NCBI GenBank assembly: GCA_046583355.1
Contig: JAYGCM010000070.1
Location: 1-56,682 of the forward strand
Direction of reading: 5' to 3'
Length of the DNA stretch: 56,682 nucleotides
Source of the DNA: Deltaproteobacteria bacterium
GTDB taxonomy: Bacteria; Desulfobacterota; Binatia; UBA12015
The position numbers were made by a program, and so were the translations under genes. Below are positions 1-8,047 of the stretch, in pieces; position 1 is the stretch's first letter, and every line of letters begins with the position of its first letter. Below the pieces are notes generated by a model. The model saw only the letters and a program-made list of their open reading frames with translations. It was not told the DNA's origin and ran no database searches.

Positions 1-52
1 CCGTCACCACAGCCGAGGCCGTGGCGCACGGGACGGCGCTCCGTGCGGAGCT

Positions 53-1123
53 TCAGCTGGTCTTGGACCGACGCGCCGGGGCGGCGGACTCACCACGGAC
101 CATGCGCGCCAGGCTGCGCCGATAGGGCCGTGTGGCCACGCCATTCTCCGTGATGATCCCGGTGACCAAGCTGCTCGGCGTTACGTCAAAGGCGGGGTTG
201 GCGACCTTCACGCCCCTGGGCACGGTTCGGCGGTTGCCGAACTCCGTGATCTCCGAGGCGTCGCGCTCCTCGATCGGGATATCCGCACCACTTTTGCAAG
301 CCAGATCAATCGAGCTGGTCGGCGCAGCGACGTAGAAAGGAATCTTGTGCCGATGCGCCAGCACGGCCACCGTATAGGTGCCTATTTTATTGGCGACATC
401 GCCGTTGGCGGCGGTGCGGTCGGTCCCCACCACGACTGCGGCAATCTTGCCGGATTGCATGAAATGGCCCGCCATTCCGTCGGTAATCACGGTCACCGGG
501 CATTTCGCTTTTTTGAGCTCCCAGGCCGTTAGCCGTGCGCCTTGCAGGATCGGACGGGTCTCATCGGCGAAGACCTCGATATCCTTGCCCATATCGCGGG
601 CGGCGAGAATCACGCCCAGCGCCGTGCCGATCCCTGCCGTCGCCAACCCACCGGCATTGCAATGTGTCAGAATGGTGCCCTTCTTCGGCAGCAGCGCACC
701 GCCAAACTCGGCCAGCCGGCGGTTGTTCGCGAGGTCCTCGCTGTAGACCGCCTTGGCTTCGCTCTCGAGCAATATACGCAGCGTCTCGACAGAGAGAGCA
801 CTATTTTCGCGCACCACGCGGCGCATCCGTTCAATCGCCCAAAAGAGGTTCACAGCCGTCGGCCGGGCGGCGGCAAAGCGCCGACAGAGCCGCTCGAACT
901 CCCGCGCGAAACGATCTTCGCGAATGGTCGAGGCACCGAGCGCGAGCCCCATCGCCGCCGCAACACCGATGGCCGGCGCACCGCGGATGATGAGATCCCG
1001 AATGGCGGTAATCACCTCATCGGGTTTTTTGTAGATACGATAGACCTCCTGGTTGGGGAGGAGGGTCTGATCGAGCATCACCACGCAGCCTTTTTTCCAT
1101 TCGACCGTACGAATTTTCTTCAT
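53..1123 (-). CDS. mtnA: S-methyl-5-thioribose-1-phosphate isomerase
   Basis: Motifs IRGAPAIG, ARPTAVNL, THCNAG, DETRP, GDVANKIGT, NPAFDVTP; start moved to ATG 1123 (MKKIRTVEW). Confidence 0.95.
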   Translation of the reverse strand: MKKIRTVEWKKGCVVMLDQTLLPNQEVYRIYKKPDEVITAIRDLIIRGAPAIGVAAAMGLALGASTIREDRFAREFERLCRRFAAARPTAVNLFWAIERMRRVVRENSALSVETLRILLESEAKAVYSEDLANNRRLAEFGGALLPKKGTILTHCNAGGLATAGIGTALGVILAARDMGKDIEVFADETRPILQGARLTAWELKKAKCPVTVITDGMAGHFMQSGKIAAVVVGTDRTAANGDVANKIGTYTVAVLAHRHKIPFYVAAPTSSIDLACKSGADIPIEERDASEITEFGNRRTVPRGVKVANPAFDVTPSSLVTGIITENGVATRPYRRSLARMVRGESAAPARRSKTS

Positions 1124-1259
1124 TGGAGGGGGAATGTACCGACATGCCACGCGGGGAACAAGACACAACCAGAACTCAACCGACCCGATTCGCAGATTCC
1201 GCACCTGCGTGCGCAGCAGAGCGGCTTGACTCGCGCGCCCGAAGCAGCAACCTGCACGC

Positions 1260-1700
1260 ATGGGCGCAACCAATAAAGCGGAGACGATCGAGATCGCAGC
1301 GACGCGCGAGGCCTGCCTCGCCGTACTCCTGGACTTTGAGAACTACCCGAAGTGGAGCGAGCCGATTCTGCAAGCCAATATCCTCGAGCGCGATAGCGAG
1401 GGCCGTGGCATCCGCGTTACCTTCGCGCTGGATATGAAGATCAAGACCGTTCGCTACACGCTTGCCTATGCCTTCGAGCTGCCGGAGCGCTTCACATGGA
1501 AACTTGTCGAAGGCGATATCAGCGATGTCATCGGCGCCTACGAGCTGCGCGAGTCCCCTACGGGCAGCACCACCGCAACCTGCGAACAAACTGTCGACCC
1601 GGGCTTCTGGATTCCCGGCCCGATTCGCCGCCTGGCGGAGTCGACCGCCCTACGCACATCGCTTGAGGAGTTGAAAAAAGCGGTCGAGACCGGGACCTGA
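1260..1700 (+). CDS. SRPBCC/polyketide cyclase-like lipid-binding protein
   Basis: 146 aa with the typical N-terminal 'IEIAA...DFENYPKW' pattern and a C-terminal helix. Confidence 0.8.
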   Translation: MGATNKAETIEIAATREACLAVLLDFENYPKWSEPILQANILERDSEGRGIRVTFALDMKIKTVRYTLAYAFELPERFTWKLVEGDISDVIGAYELRESPTGSTTATCEQTVDPGFWIPGPIRRLAESTALRTSLEELKKAVETGT

Positions 1701-1713
1701 AGGGAGGCTGAGA

Positions 1714-1747
1714 CGAGGCGGCCCCCGTAAGCACGAGGGCCGCCTCG
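1714..1747. terminator. Hairpin between convergent genes (possible bidirectional terminator)
   Basis: 11-bp stem CGAGGCGGCCC/GGGCCGCCTCG; no strong U tract. Confidence 0.5.
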
Positions 1748-1754
1748 CACCCGC

Positions 1755-2072
1755 TCAGCGCACCGCCGCAGCCTGCTCCACCACCACCCGCTCGCGAAGG
1801 CCGGCATAGACCGAGTCTCCGATGCCGCGGATCGCCAGCAACTCCTCGACCGCCGCAAAAGGCACGGCGTCGCGGCGCTCGACGATGGCATTGGCACGCG
1901 AGGCGCCGATGCCCGGCAACTCGGCCAGCTCGGCGGCCGTAGCCGTATTCAGGTTGAGCGGTCCGTCGGACGCTGCAGCTGGGCTGGCCAGGAGCAACGC
2001 CCCCACAGCACAGGCCGCGAAGAATGCCCGGAAGGTGTCAGCGACCCTTCGTTCTTGGTTGATCGATTCCAT
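1755..2072 (-). CDS. comEA: ComEA-family helix-hairpin-helix DNA-binding protein (exported)
   Basis: Signal peptide followed by LNLNTATAAELAELPGIG...F..VEELLAIRGIG. Confidence 0.88.
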   Translation of the reverse strand: MESINQERRVADTFRAFFAACAVGALLLASPAAASDGPLNLNTATAAELAELPGIGASRANAIVERRDAVPFAAVEELLAIRGIGDSVYAGLRERVVVEQAAAVR

Positions 2073-2288
2073 GGTGTTCCTTTTCTGCGCAGCGTCTACC
2101 ACCGCGCCGTTAGACCGCCCATCAGGACGGCAAGAGTAGAAACGACCCGTGAGAGGGGCCGTCCGAGGAGGCAGTCTGCAAAGAACCACAGCCCCCGAAC
2201 GCCGCAATGTAATCCACACCATTTCGACGATGGACACCCGCTAGCCACGCTTGCCGATCAGAGACCCGACCGAAAAAAAACGATTCTT

Positions 2289-2455
2289 CTAGAGGCGCGG
2301 CCGAAAAGTAGGGTTTTGCACAGAGGGCGTCGATTGCGGCTGCTGGCTTGGTCGGCGACCGAGCAAGGGCCGTAGCCATTGGGAGAGAGCGTGACGCAGG
2401 CCAGCGGCCGCAAGCGGCGCTCGGATGCAGGCCTACTTTTCGGCCGGACCTCTAG
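2289..2455. mobile_element. 167-bp self-complementary element (candidate MITE or structured ncRNA)
   Basis: 24-bp terminal inverted repeats (22/24 match), CTAG at both ends, internal arms also pair. Confidence 0.5.
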
Positions 2456-2946
2456 GCCCCGGACTGGCGGTAGGTGGCCATCTGGTTGGGCGCCTCGGAG
2501 ACGCTCACCTCGAGCCACTTCCAGGGGCGTGCGCCGGCCGCGCCCAGGCGTGTGGCGATCTCGCCGGCAAAGAAGCGCGCCAGTTCCTCGGCTGAGGAAT
2601 GTACGATCGGGAGAAACATCACGTCGTCGCGTGGCAACGAGAAACGGGCGCCGTCTTCATAGATGGCAACGGTATTGACCTCGTCGGTCTCGTAGACGAG
2701 ACAATCGCTGAGTTTGGGAAGGATTGTATGCTCGTCGATCTCGTCGCAGATCGCGCGCGTGACCTTCTTCAGGAGGCCGAAGTCGATCACGTAGCCATCG
2801 GGCCCGAGATCGCCCTCTACCCGCACGGCGACATGGTAATTATGCCCGTGCAGCCGCTCCCGGAAACCGGGATAGGCAATGAAATGTGCGGCATTGAACT
2901 TGAGATATTCCTTGCCAACGAAGACCTCGAACGACCCATCCGCCAT
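2452..2946 (-). CDS. 6-pyruvoyl-tetrahydropterin synthase family protein (PTPS-III signature)
   Basis: FNAAHF...RERLHGHNY, VIDFG, SSAEELA, VSEAP motifs. Confidence 0.88.
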   Translation of the reverse strand: MADGSFEVFVGKEYLKFNAAHFIAYPGFRERLHGHNYHVAVRVEGDLGPDGYVIDFGLLKKVTRAICDEIDEHTILPKLSDCLVYETDEVNTVAIYEDGARFSLPRDDVMFLPIVHSSAEELARFFAGEIATRLGAAGARPWKWLEVSVSEAPNQMATYRQSGA

Positions 2947-2955
2947 GGAGTTTCC

Positions 2956-3981
2956 TTAAAGGCCCGGGCGCGAAGTGCAAGCGCTGGAGACCGCTTGTGG
3001 CGGACGCCAGGCGAGGAAATCATCGAGCAAGCCGAAGAGCTCCTCGGCACTGCGCGATTTGCCGACCTTGTCGCGGAGCAAGGCGCTGCCGGGGAAGGCC
3101 TTCAGCGTGCGACATCCCATGCCACGCAGACGCGGGGTGGCCGTCCGCTCGGGGTAACTCTCGAGCAGCAATTCGTAGTAGCGACGCAAGGCCGCGAAAC
3201 GTTGCTCCAACTCGGGCCTGGGCAGAGACTCACCGTCCAGATCGGCCTTGAGCTGCGAGAAGATCCACGGGTTCGTCATCGCGGCGCGGCCGATCAGCAA
3301 GCCATCGACGGCGCCTGTCTCCCAGCGGCGGCGTGCCGTGGGCACCGAGACGATGTCCCCGCTGCCGAGTACGGGAATCGAGACCGCCTCCTTGACCTCC
3401 CGGATGCGTTCCCAATCCGCCGCACCCTTGTAGAGTTGCATGCGCGTACGCCCGTGCACGGCGACCATCGCCACCCCGGCGGCCTCCGCCATCGTGGCGA
3501 TTTCGACCGCATTGACCGAGTCCTCGTCCCAACCCGTGCGGATCTTCAAGGTCAGCGGAATCGATATCTCGCGCTTGACTGCACGCAGCGTCGCCTCCAA
3601 TTTTCCTGCCTGGCGCATCAACTCGGCACCACCACCGCGCTTGACCACCTTGGGCACCGGGCAGCCGCAATTGATATCAACGATATCGGCACCCGTCGCC
3701 TCCACCATCGCGGCGGCCTCGGCCATCCTATCCGGGTCGGCGCCGAAGATCTGGATCGACATCGGAAATTCATCAGCGTGGAAGCGCAGCATGCGGTGGC
3801 TGCGCAGATCATTGCGAGTCAGCCCTTCGATCGAGACGAACTCGCTCACCACCAACCCGACCGCGCCGGGGTTGAGCTCGCGCACCAGGCGGCGAAAGGC
3901 CATATCGGTGATCCCCGACATCGGCGCGAGCACCAGGGCCGGGTCGACCACGATCGGTCCCAGTTGAAACGAGCGACTCAT
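2956..3981 (-). CDS. dusB: tRNA-dihydrouridine synthase B
   Basis: LAPMSGITD, DINCGCP, KIRTGWD, VHGRTR, GSGDI, IGRAA..NPW; start ATG 3981. Confidence 0.9.
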   Translation of the reverse strand: MSRSFQLGPIVVDPALVLAPMSGITDMAFRRLVRELNPGAVGLVVSEFVSIEGLTRNDLRSHRMLRFHADEFPMSIQIFGADPDRMAEAAAMVEATGADIVDINCGCPVPKVVKRGGGAELMRQAGKLEATLRAVKREISIPLTLKIRTGWDEDSVNAVEIATMAEAAGVAMVAVHGRTRMQLYKGAADWERIREVKEAVSIPVLGSGDIVSVPTARRRWETGAVDGLLIGRAAMTNPWIFSQLKADLDGESLPRPELEQRFAALRRYYELLLESYPERTATPRLRGMGCRTLKAFPGSALLRDKVGKSRSAEELFGLLDDFLAWRPPQAVSSACTSRPGL

Positions 3982-4028
3982 CGTGAAGAAAAGTAGCGAT
4001 CCCGGGCCCCGCCCGCTACTTCGGCTGA

Positions 4029-4937
4029 ATGCGCGAATACAGCGAGCGGTTCTTCCGCAGCGGCCCGCTGCGGATCCATTTCCGCGATTGGGGCAACCCG
4101 GAGAACCCGCCGCTGGTGCTGGTGCATGGCCTGCGCGACCATAGCCATTCCTTTGATGATCTCTCGCGCGGGCTGAGCCGCGACTACCGCGTCTATGCCC
4201 TGGACCTGCGCGGCCATGGCGACAGCGAGTCGACGCCCTATTATGCCTTCGGCCATTTCGTCGGCGATATCCGCAATATGGTCCGCGCCCTGCGGCTGGA
4301 GAAACCAATCGTGATCGGCCACTCGCTGGGCGGCGAGATCGTCGGCCAATGGGCCGGTGCGTTTCCCGATGTCGCGCGCGCCGTCGTCATCATTGAAGGC
4401 ATGGGGCCACCGCCGCGCTCGACCAAGTGGCGGCTCATGCGGCACCGTTTTGCCTGGAAAATGATCGACCGCGCCCAACAAGGCGTTGCCGGCCTGCCCG
4501 ACCTCGAGGCCGCCTACCAGCGCCTGCGCAAACGCAACCCACGGCTTCTCGAGGACCGAGCGCGCGAGCTCACCGAGCTCGGCACCCGGGCGCGCGAAGA
4601 CGGCACGCTGGAGTGGAAATTCGACCCCATGCTCGCGACCCTCGGCGTTGCCGGCGGCTTTCATATCGAACAAATGATCACCTTCTGGTCCGAGATCCAG
4701 GCCCCAACGCTCTTGATCAACGGCAGCGAATCGGGCGAATTCTGGAACGATAAAGCCGGCGCCGTCTACCTCGAAGAAGACGAATTCGAGCGCCGCCGCG
4801 ATGCCTTCCGCAATGCCCGCTACGTCGAGATCGCCGGCGCCGGCCATATGGTTCATTTCGACCGGCCAACCGAACTCCTCTACGAGATCCGCAGCTTCCT
4901 CGAGGCCACCATAGAAGACGAGTCGCCCGACGAATAG
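4029..4937 (+). CDS. Alpha/beta fold hydrolase
   Basis: HG, DLRGHGDS, GHSLGG nucleophile elbow, AGHMVH. Confidence 0.9.
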   Translation: MREYSERFFRSGPLRIHFRDWGNPENPPLVLVHGLRDHSHSFDDLSRGLSRDYRVYALDLRGHGDSESTPYYAFGHFVGDIRNMVRALRLEKPIVIGHSLGGEIVGQWAGAFPDVARAVVIIEGMGPPPRSTKWRLMRHRFAWKMIDRAQQGVAGLPDLEAAYQRLRKRNPRLLEDRARELTELGTRAREDGTLEWKFDPMLATLGVAGGFHIEQMITFWSEIQAPTLLINGSESGEFWNDKAGAVYLEEDEFERRRDAFRNARYVEIAGAGHMVHFDRPTELLYEIRSFLEATIEDESPDE

Positions 4938-4946
4938 AGCCCGGCT

Positions 4947-6089
4947 TCAGTTGGCGCGCAGCAGGAAGCTCCCGCCGTCATGGCCGAATTCGATGACCTC
5001 GCGGTAGATACGGGTCACCTTGAGCGTGCCGATCTGATCGCCCTCACGAACTTGGGTCGCGCGGCCCCCGTCGAGGCTCACATACGCAAAGCGACGTGCA
5101 TCGTTGGTGGACCATTGCAGAATCTGGATGGCGACCTTGGGCTGCCCGCTGGGAGACCAGCGCCGAATATCCGCCACGCGGTCTGCGGGCGGCTCGGGCG
5201 GCGGTCCGGGCACTGCCACCTGGGCGAGTGCGTCCGGCGCACTCGCGGCGGCGTCCTCGCCCGCACCCGCGGCGCTCGGCGGAATTCCGATATCCTTCTC
5301 CGCCACCTCTGCGCGCATAACGACCGGGGCCGACTCGGCATTGCGCGCGGCGTCGCGCTCCAGGCGTCGCTCCAGACGGCCAGCATCGCGACCGGCACGG
5401 GTGCGGTCACGCTGGCCGCGGCGCAGGTCGCGCAGATCCTCGCGGGTGAGCTTCCCATCGCGGTTCAGATTGCGGGCTTCGGCGAGTTCCTCGCGCTCGA
5501 CGATTCGCTGGTCGCGTCCAGCCAGACGCAACGCGCGACGCTCCGCGCGGCGTTTCTGCGCGGGCGAGAGTACCCTATTCTTGTCGCTCGACGCGGCCGC
5601 GACGGCATCGCGACCCGCAACCACCTTGCCCGCCGACCCAGCTGCGTCCTTCGCCGCAAGGCTGACACCCGCTTTCGCTTGGCCGGTCGCATCGCGCTTC
5701 GACACCTTGCTCCCCTTGGCACCCGATTTCCGCGCGGCGTAAGCGCGGCGTACGGCCAGGGCTTTGGCGCGGCGCTGCGCCGCCAACTCTTCTTGCGTCC
5801 CGGCCGCCGCCTTGGCACTGGGCGCCCTCGCCAACGCGCCCACCGCAGGCCCGGCATCGCCCGGTGCGGGAGCCTTCGGCGCAGAGACCTCGGCAACCTT
5901 GGTATCCGGCGACGTCCAGAAGAGCCCCACAGCAAAGCCCCCGACGACAATCACACAGAATAGGACTGCCAGCATCACCCACGGCGGACGACGCCGCGGT
6001 GGCTCCGGCGGCAGGCCCGGCCCCTGCGGCGCACGGCGCCCGCTACCCTCTTCATCAGCCTTTGCCAGCGCATCAAGAACCGTACTCAC
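4947..6089 (-). CDS. GspB/ExeB-like general secretion pathway protein B
   Basis: MSTVLDALAKA N-terminus, single TM helix, long low-complexity linker, C-terminal 'WST..RRFAYV..G...REGD' domain; GTGA overlap with the upstream exeA. Confidence 0.7.
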   Translation of the reverse strand: MSTVLDALAKADEEGSGRRAPQGPGLPPEPPRRRPPWVMLAVLFCVIVVGGFAVGLFWTSPDTKVAEVSAPKAPAPGDAGPAVGALARAPSAKAAAGTQEELAAQRRAKALAVRRAYAARKSGAKGSKVSKRDATGQAKAGVSLAAKDAAGSAGKVVAGRDAVAAASSDKNRVLSPAQKRRAERRALRLAGRDQRIVEREELAEARNLNRDGKLTREDLRDLRRGQRDRTRAGRDAGRLERRLERDAARNAESAPVVMRAEVAEKDIGIPPSAAGAGEDAAASAPDALAQVAVPGPPPEPPADRVADIRRWSPSGQPKVAIQILQWSTNDARRFAYVSLDGGRATQVREGDQIGTLKVTRIYREVIEFGHDGGSFLLRAN

Positions 6090-7855
6090 GGCCGTACCTC
6101 CCCGGGCAAAATATGCCCCGCCACCACTGCCGGGGCGATCCCACCGGCATGAATTTCCACAGGCTCAGGCGCATGCGCCAGACGCGGCATCGCCCCCGGC
6201 ACGCCCTTGCGATACAAAGCGATCATCGTGAGCGGGCCCACCTTGCCATCAGTCGCAAGCCCCATCCGCTGCTGAAAGCGCGCCACCGCGGCGGCTGTGC
6301 CCGCGTCGTATTGCGCACCCCCCTCGCCCCGGTAGACACCGACATCGGCCAGCAGGAGATGCAATCTATCCACCTCGGGCCCCGAGGAACCCTCGGCAAG
6401 AAGCGCGCCCAATTCGTCGATATCTTCCCAGAAATAATGGGCCTGGCCGGTCCAGACCGAAGCCAGCAGATCGGTTGGGATCTGCATCGGCTCGCCAGCA
6501 AAATGAAATACCGCCGTATCGCGACCGAGTCGCTCGAGCAGACCGAAGCGTGGCTTGGCCTCACCCGGCACCTCGATCTCGAGGATGGCCGGCAGGTCGA
6601 GCACGCGCAGCAACGAGAGGTCGGCCTCGACCGAGACGTAGGAGAGCGCGCGCGCACGCGCGATCGTTGCCAGATCGAAGGCACCCGCAGCCGACTCAGC
6701 CGGCGAGAGCGGCGCTGCGGGCCAGACCCGCAGGATGGACTCGATCGCCTCATAGGCCGAGTGAGCCGCCGAAGCGTGGCGCAGCATGCCTGCAAAGGCC
6801 GCCATCGGCGCGCCTTCTGCCACTACCGGTCCGGGCATATCCGGCACCGGCGCGAGGTCGTCGAGCGAGACCTCGCCGAGTTCGATCTGGCTCACCTGAA
6901 TTTCGCTTTTCTCCACCGCCAGCACCGCCGGCTCCATGCCCGGAGGCCAGCGCCAGACAGCCACGGCGACACTCGCCAGAACACCCAGAGCAAGGACCGC
7001 GACCGCCGCCTCCAGCCCGAAGCTGCGGCGCGAGGGCCGCGACGGCGCCAGCGTTTCTTTCAACTCAGCGGCCGCGCGGTCCACCAGACGACGGGTCACC
7101 CGGCTATGGTCGGCGGCATAAGCCACCAGCAATGCGCGGTGGCAGAGCTGGTTGATCAGCCGCGGCAGGCCGCGCGTATGGCGATGAATCCGTGCCAGCG
7201 CAGCGCGCGTGAAGATCTCACGCGGCCCGACGCGCGATGCAATGCCGAGACGGTGCTCGACGTATTCGCCGGTTTCTTTCTTGTCCAGCGCGGTCAGGTG
7301 GAAACGCACGGTGATGCGCTGGTTGAGCTGTGTCAGCTCGGGCCGCGCCAGCAACTCGCGCAACTCGGGCTGCCCGACCAAGACAATCTGCAGCAGCTTC
7401 GAGGTCTCAGTCTCGAAATTCGAGAGCATGCGCAACTCTTCGAGAATGGCGCCGTCGAGCGCCTGGGCCTCGTCGACCACGATCACCACCTGACGCCCCT
7501 CGCGCTTGCGCTCGAGCAGACACGCGTTGAGGGCCCCCAGCAATTCGCGCCGGCCGCCCTCCTCGGTGATCCCCAGCTCGTGGTTGATCTCCTGGAGGAC
7601 TTCCACCCCCGTCAAGATCGGGTTCATCACGTAGGCGTATTGGACGCCAGCATCAGGAGCGCGCAACACCGAGCGCAAGAGCGTTGTTTTGCCCGCGCCG
7701 ATCTCGCCGGTGATCGCCACAAAACCCGCGCCATCGCGCAGGCCGAAGCTCAAATGCCCCAGCGCCTCGCGGTGCCGACGCGAGAGAAAAAGGTAGCGCG
7801 GGTCCGGGGTAAGTCGGAAAGGCGGTTCTTCCAGGCCAAAAAAGCTCTCGTACAT
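6086..7855 (-). CDS. exeA: ExeA/GspA-family AAA ATPase with C-terminal peptidoglycan-binding domain
   Basis: MYESFFGL.E.PF..TPDP, GEIGAGKT, VVDEAQ, LVGQPEL, TM helix, AVARFQQRMGL.DGKVGP.T. Confidence 0.88.
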   Translation of the reverse strand: MYESFFGLEEPPFRLTPDPRYLFLSRRHREALGHLSFGLRDGAGFVAITGEIGAGKTTLLRSVLRAPDAGVQYAYVMNPILTGVEVLQEINHELGITEEGGRRELLGALNACLLERKREGRQVVIVVDEAQALDGAILEELRMLSNFETETSKLLQIVLVGQPELRELLARPELTQLNQRITVRFHLTALDKKETGEYVEHRLGIASRVGPREIFTRAALARIHRHTRGLPRLINQLCHRALLVAYAADHSRVTRRLVDRAAAELKETLAPSRPSRRSFGLEAAVAVLALGVLASVAVAVWRWPPGMEPAVLAVEKSEIQVSQIELGEVSLDDLAPVPDMPGPVVAEGAPMAAFAGMLRHASAAHSAYEAIESILRVWPAAPLSPAESAAGAFDLATIARARALSYVSVEADLSLLRVLDLPAILEIEVPGEAKPRFGLLERLGRDTAVFHFAGEPMQIPTDLLASVWTGQAHYFWEDIDELGALLAEGSSGPEVDRLHLLLADVGVYRGEGGAQYDAGTAAAVARFQQRMGLATDGKVGPLTMIALYRKGVPGAMPRLAHAPEPVEIHAGGIAPAVVAGHILPGEVRP

Positions 7856-8047
7856 CTTCACTCAATACGCCGGAGCACTGAGCCCCGGACATCCGCCTTC
7901 ACGCTACTAGCAAGAGGCCCAGCCGTAAAGTCGAGGCGAAGCCCAAGGTTTCGCAGCCACCGAGGCACGATCACCACCCGCAGCCTGGCAAAAGTGGCGC
8001 ACAACCAAACGCCCCGATATCGATCCTCCGACCGCCGAGGCCTTGGT

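Noticed and set aside
2289..2455. Hairpin as 6S RNA, SRP RNA or an integron attC site
   Set aside because: No large central bubble, no SRP domain IV motif, and no RYYYAAC/GTTRRRY ends
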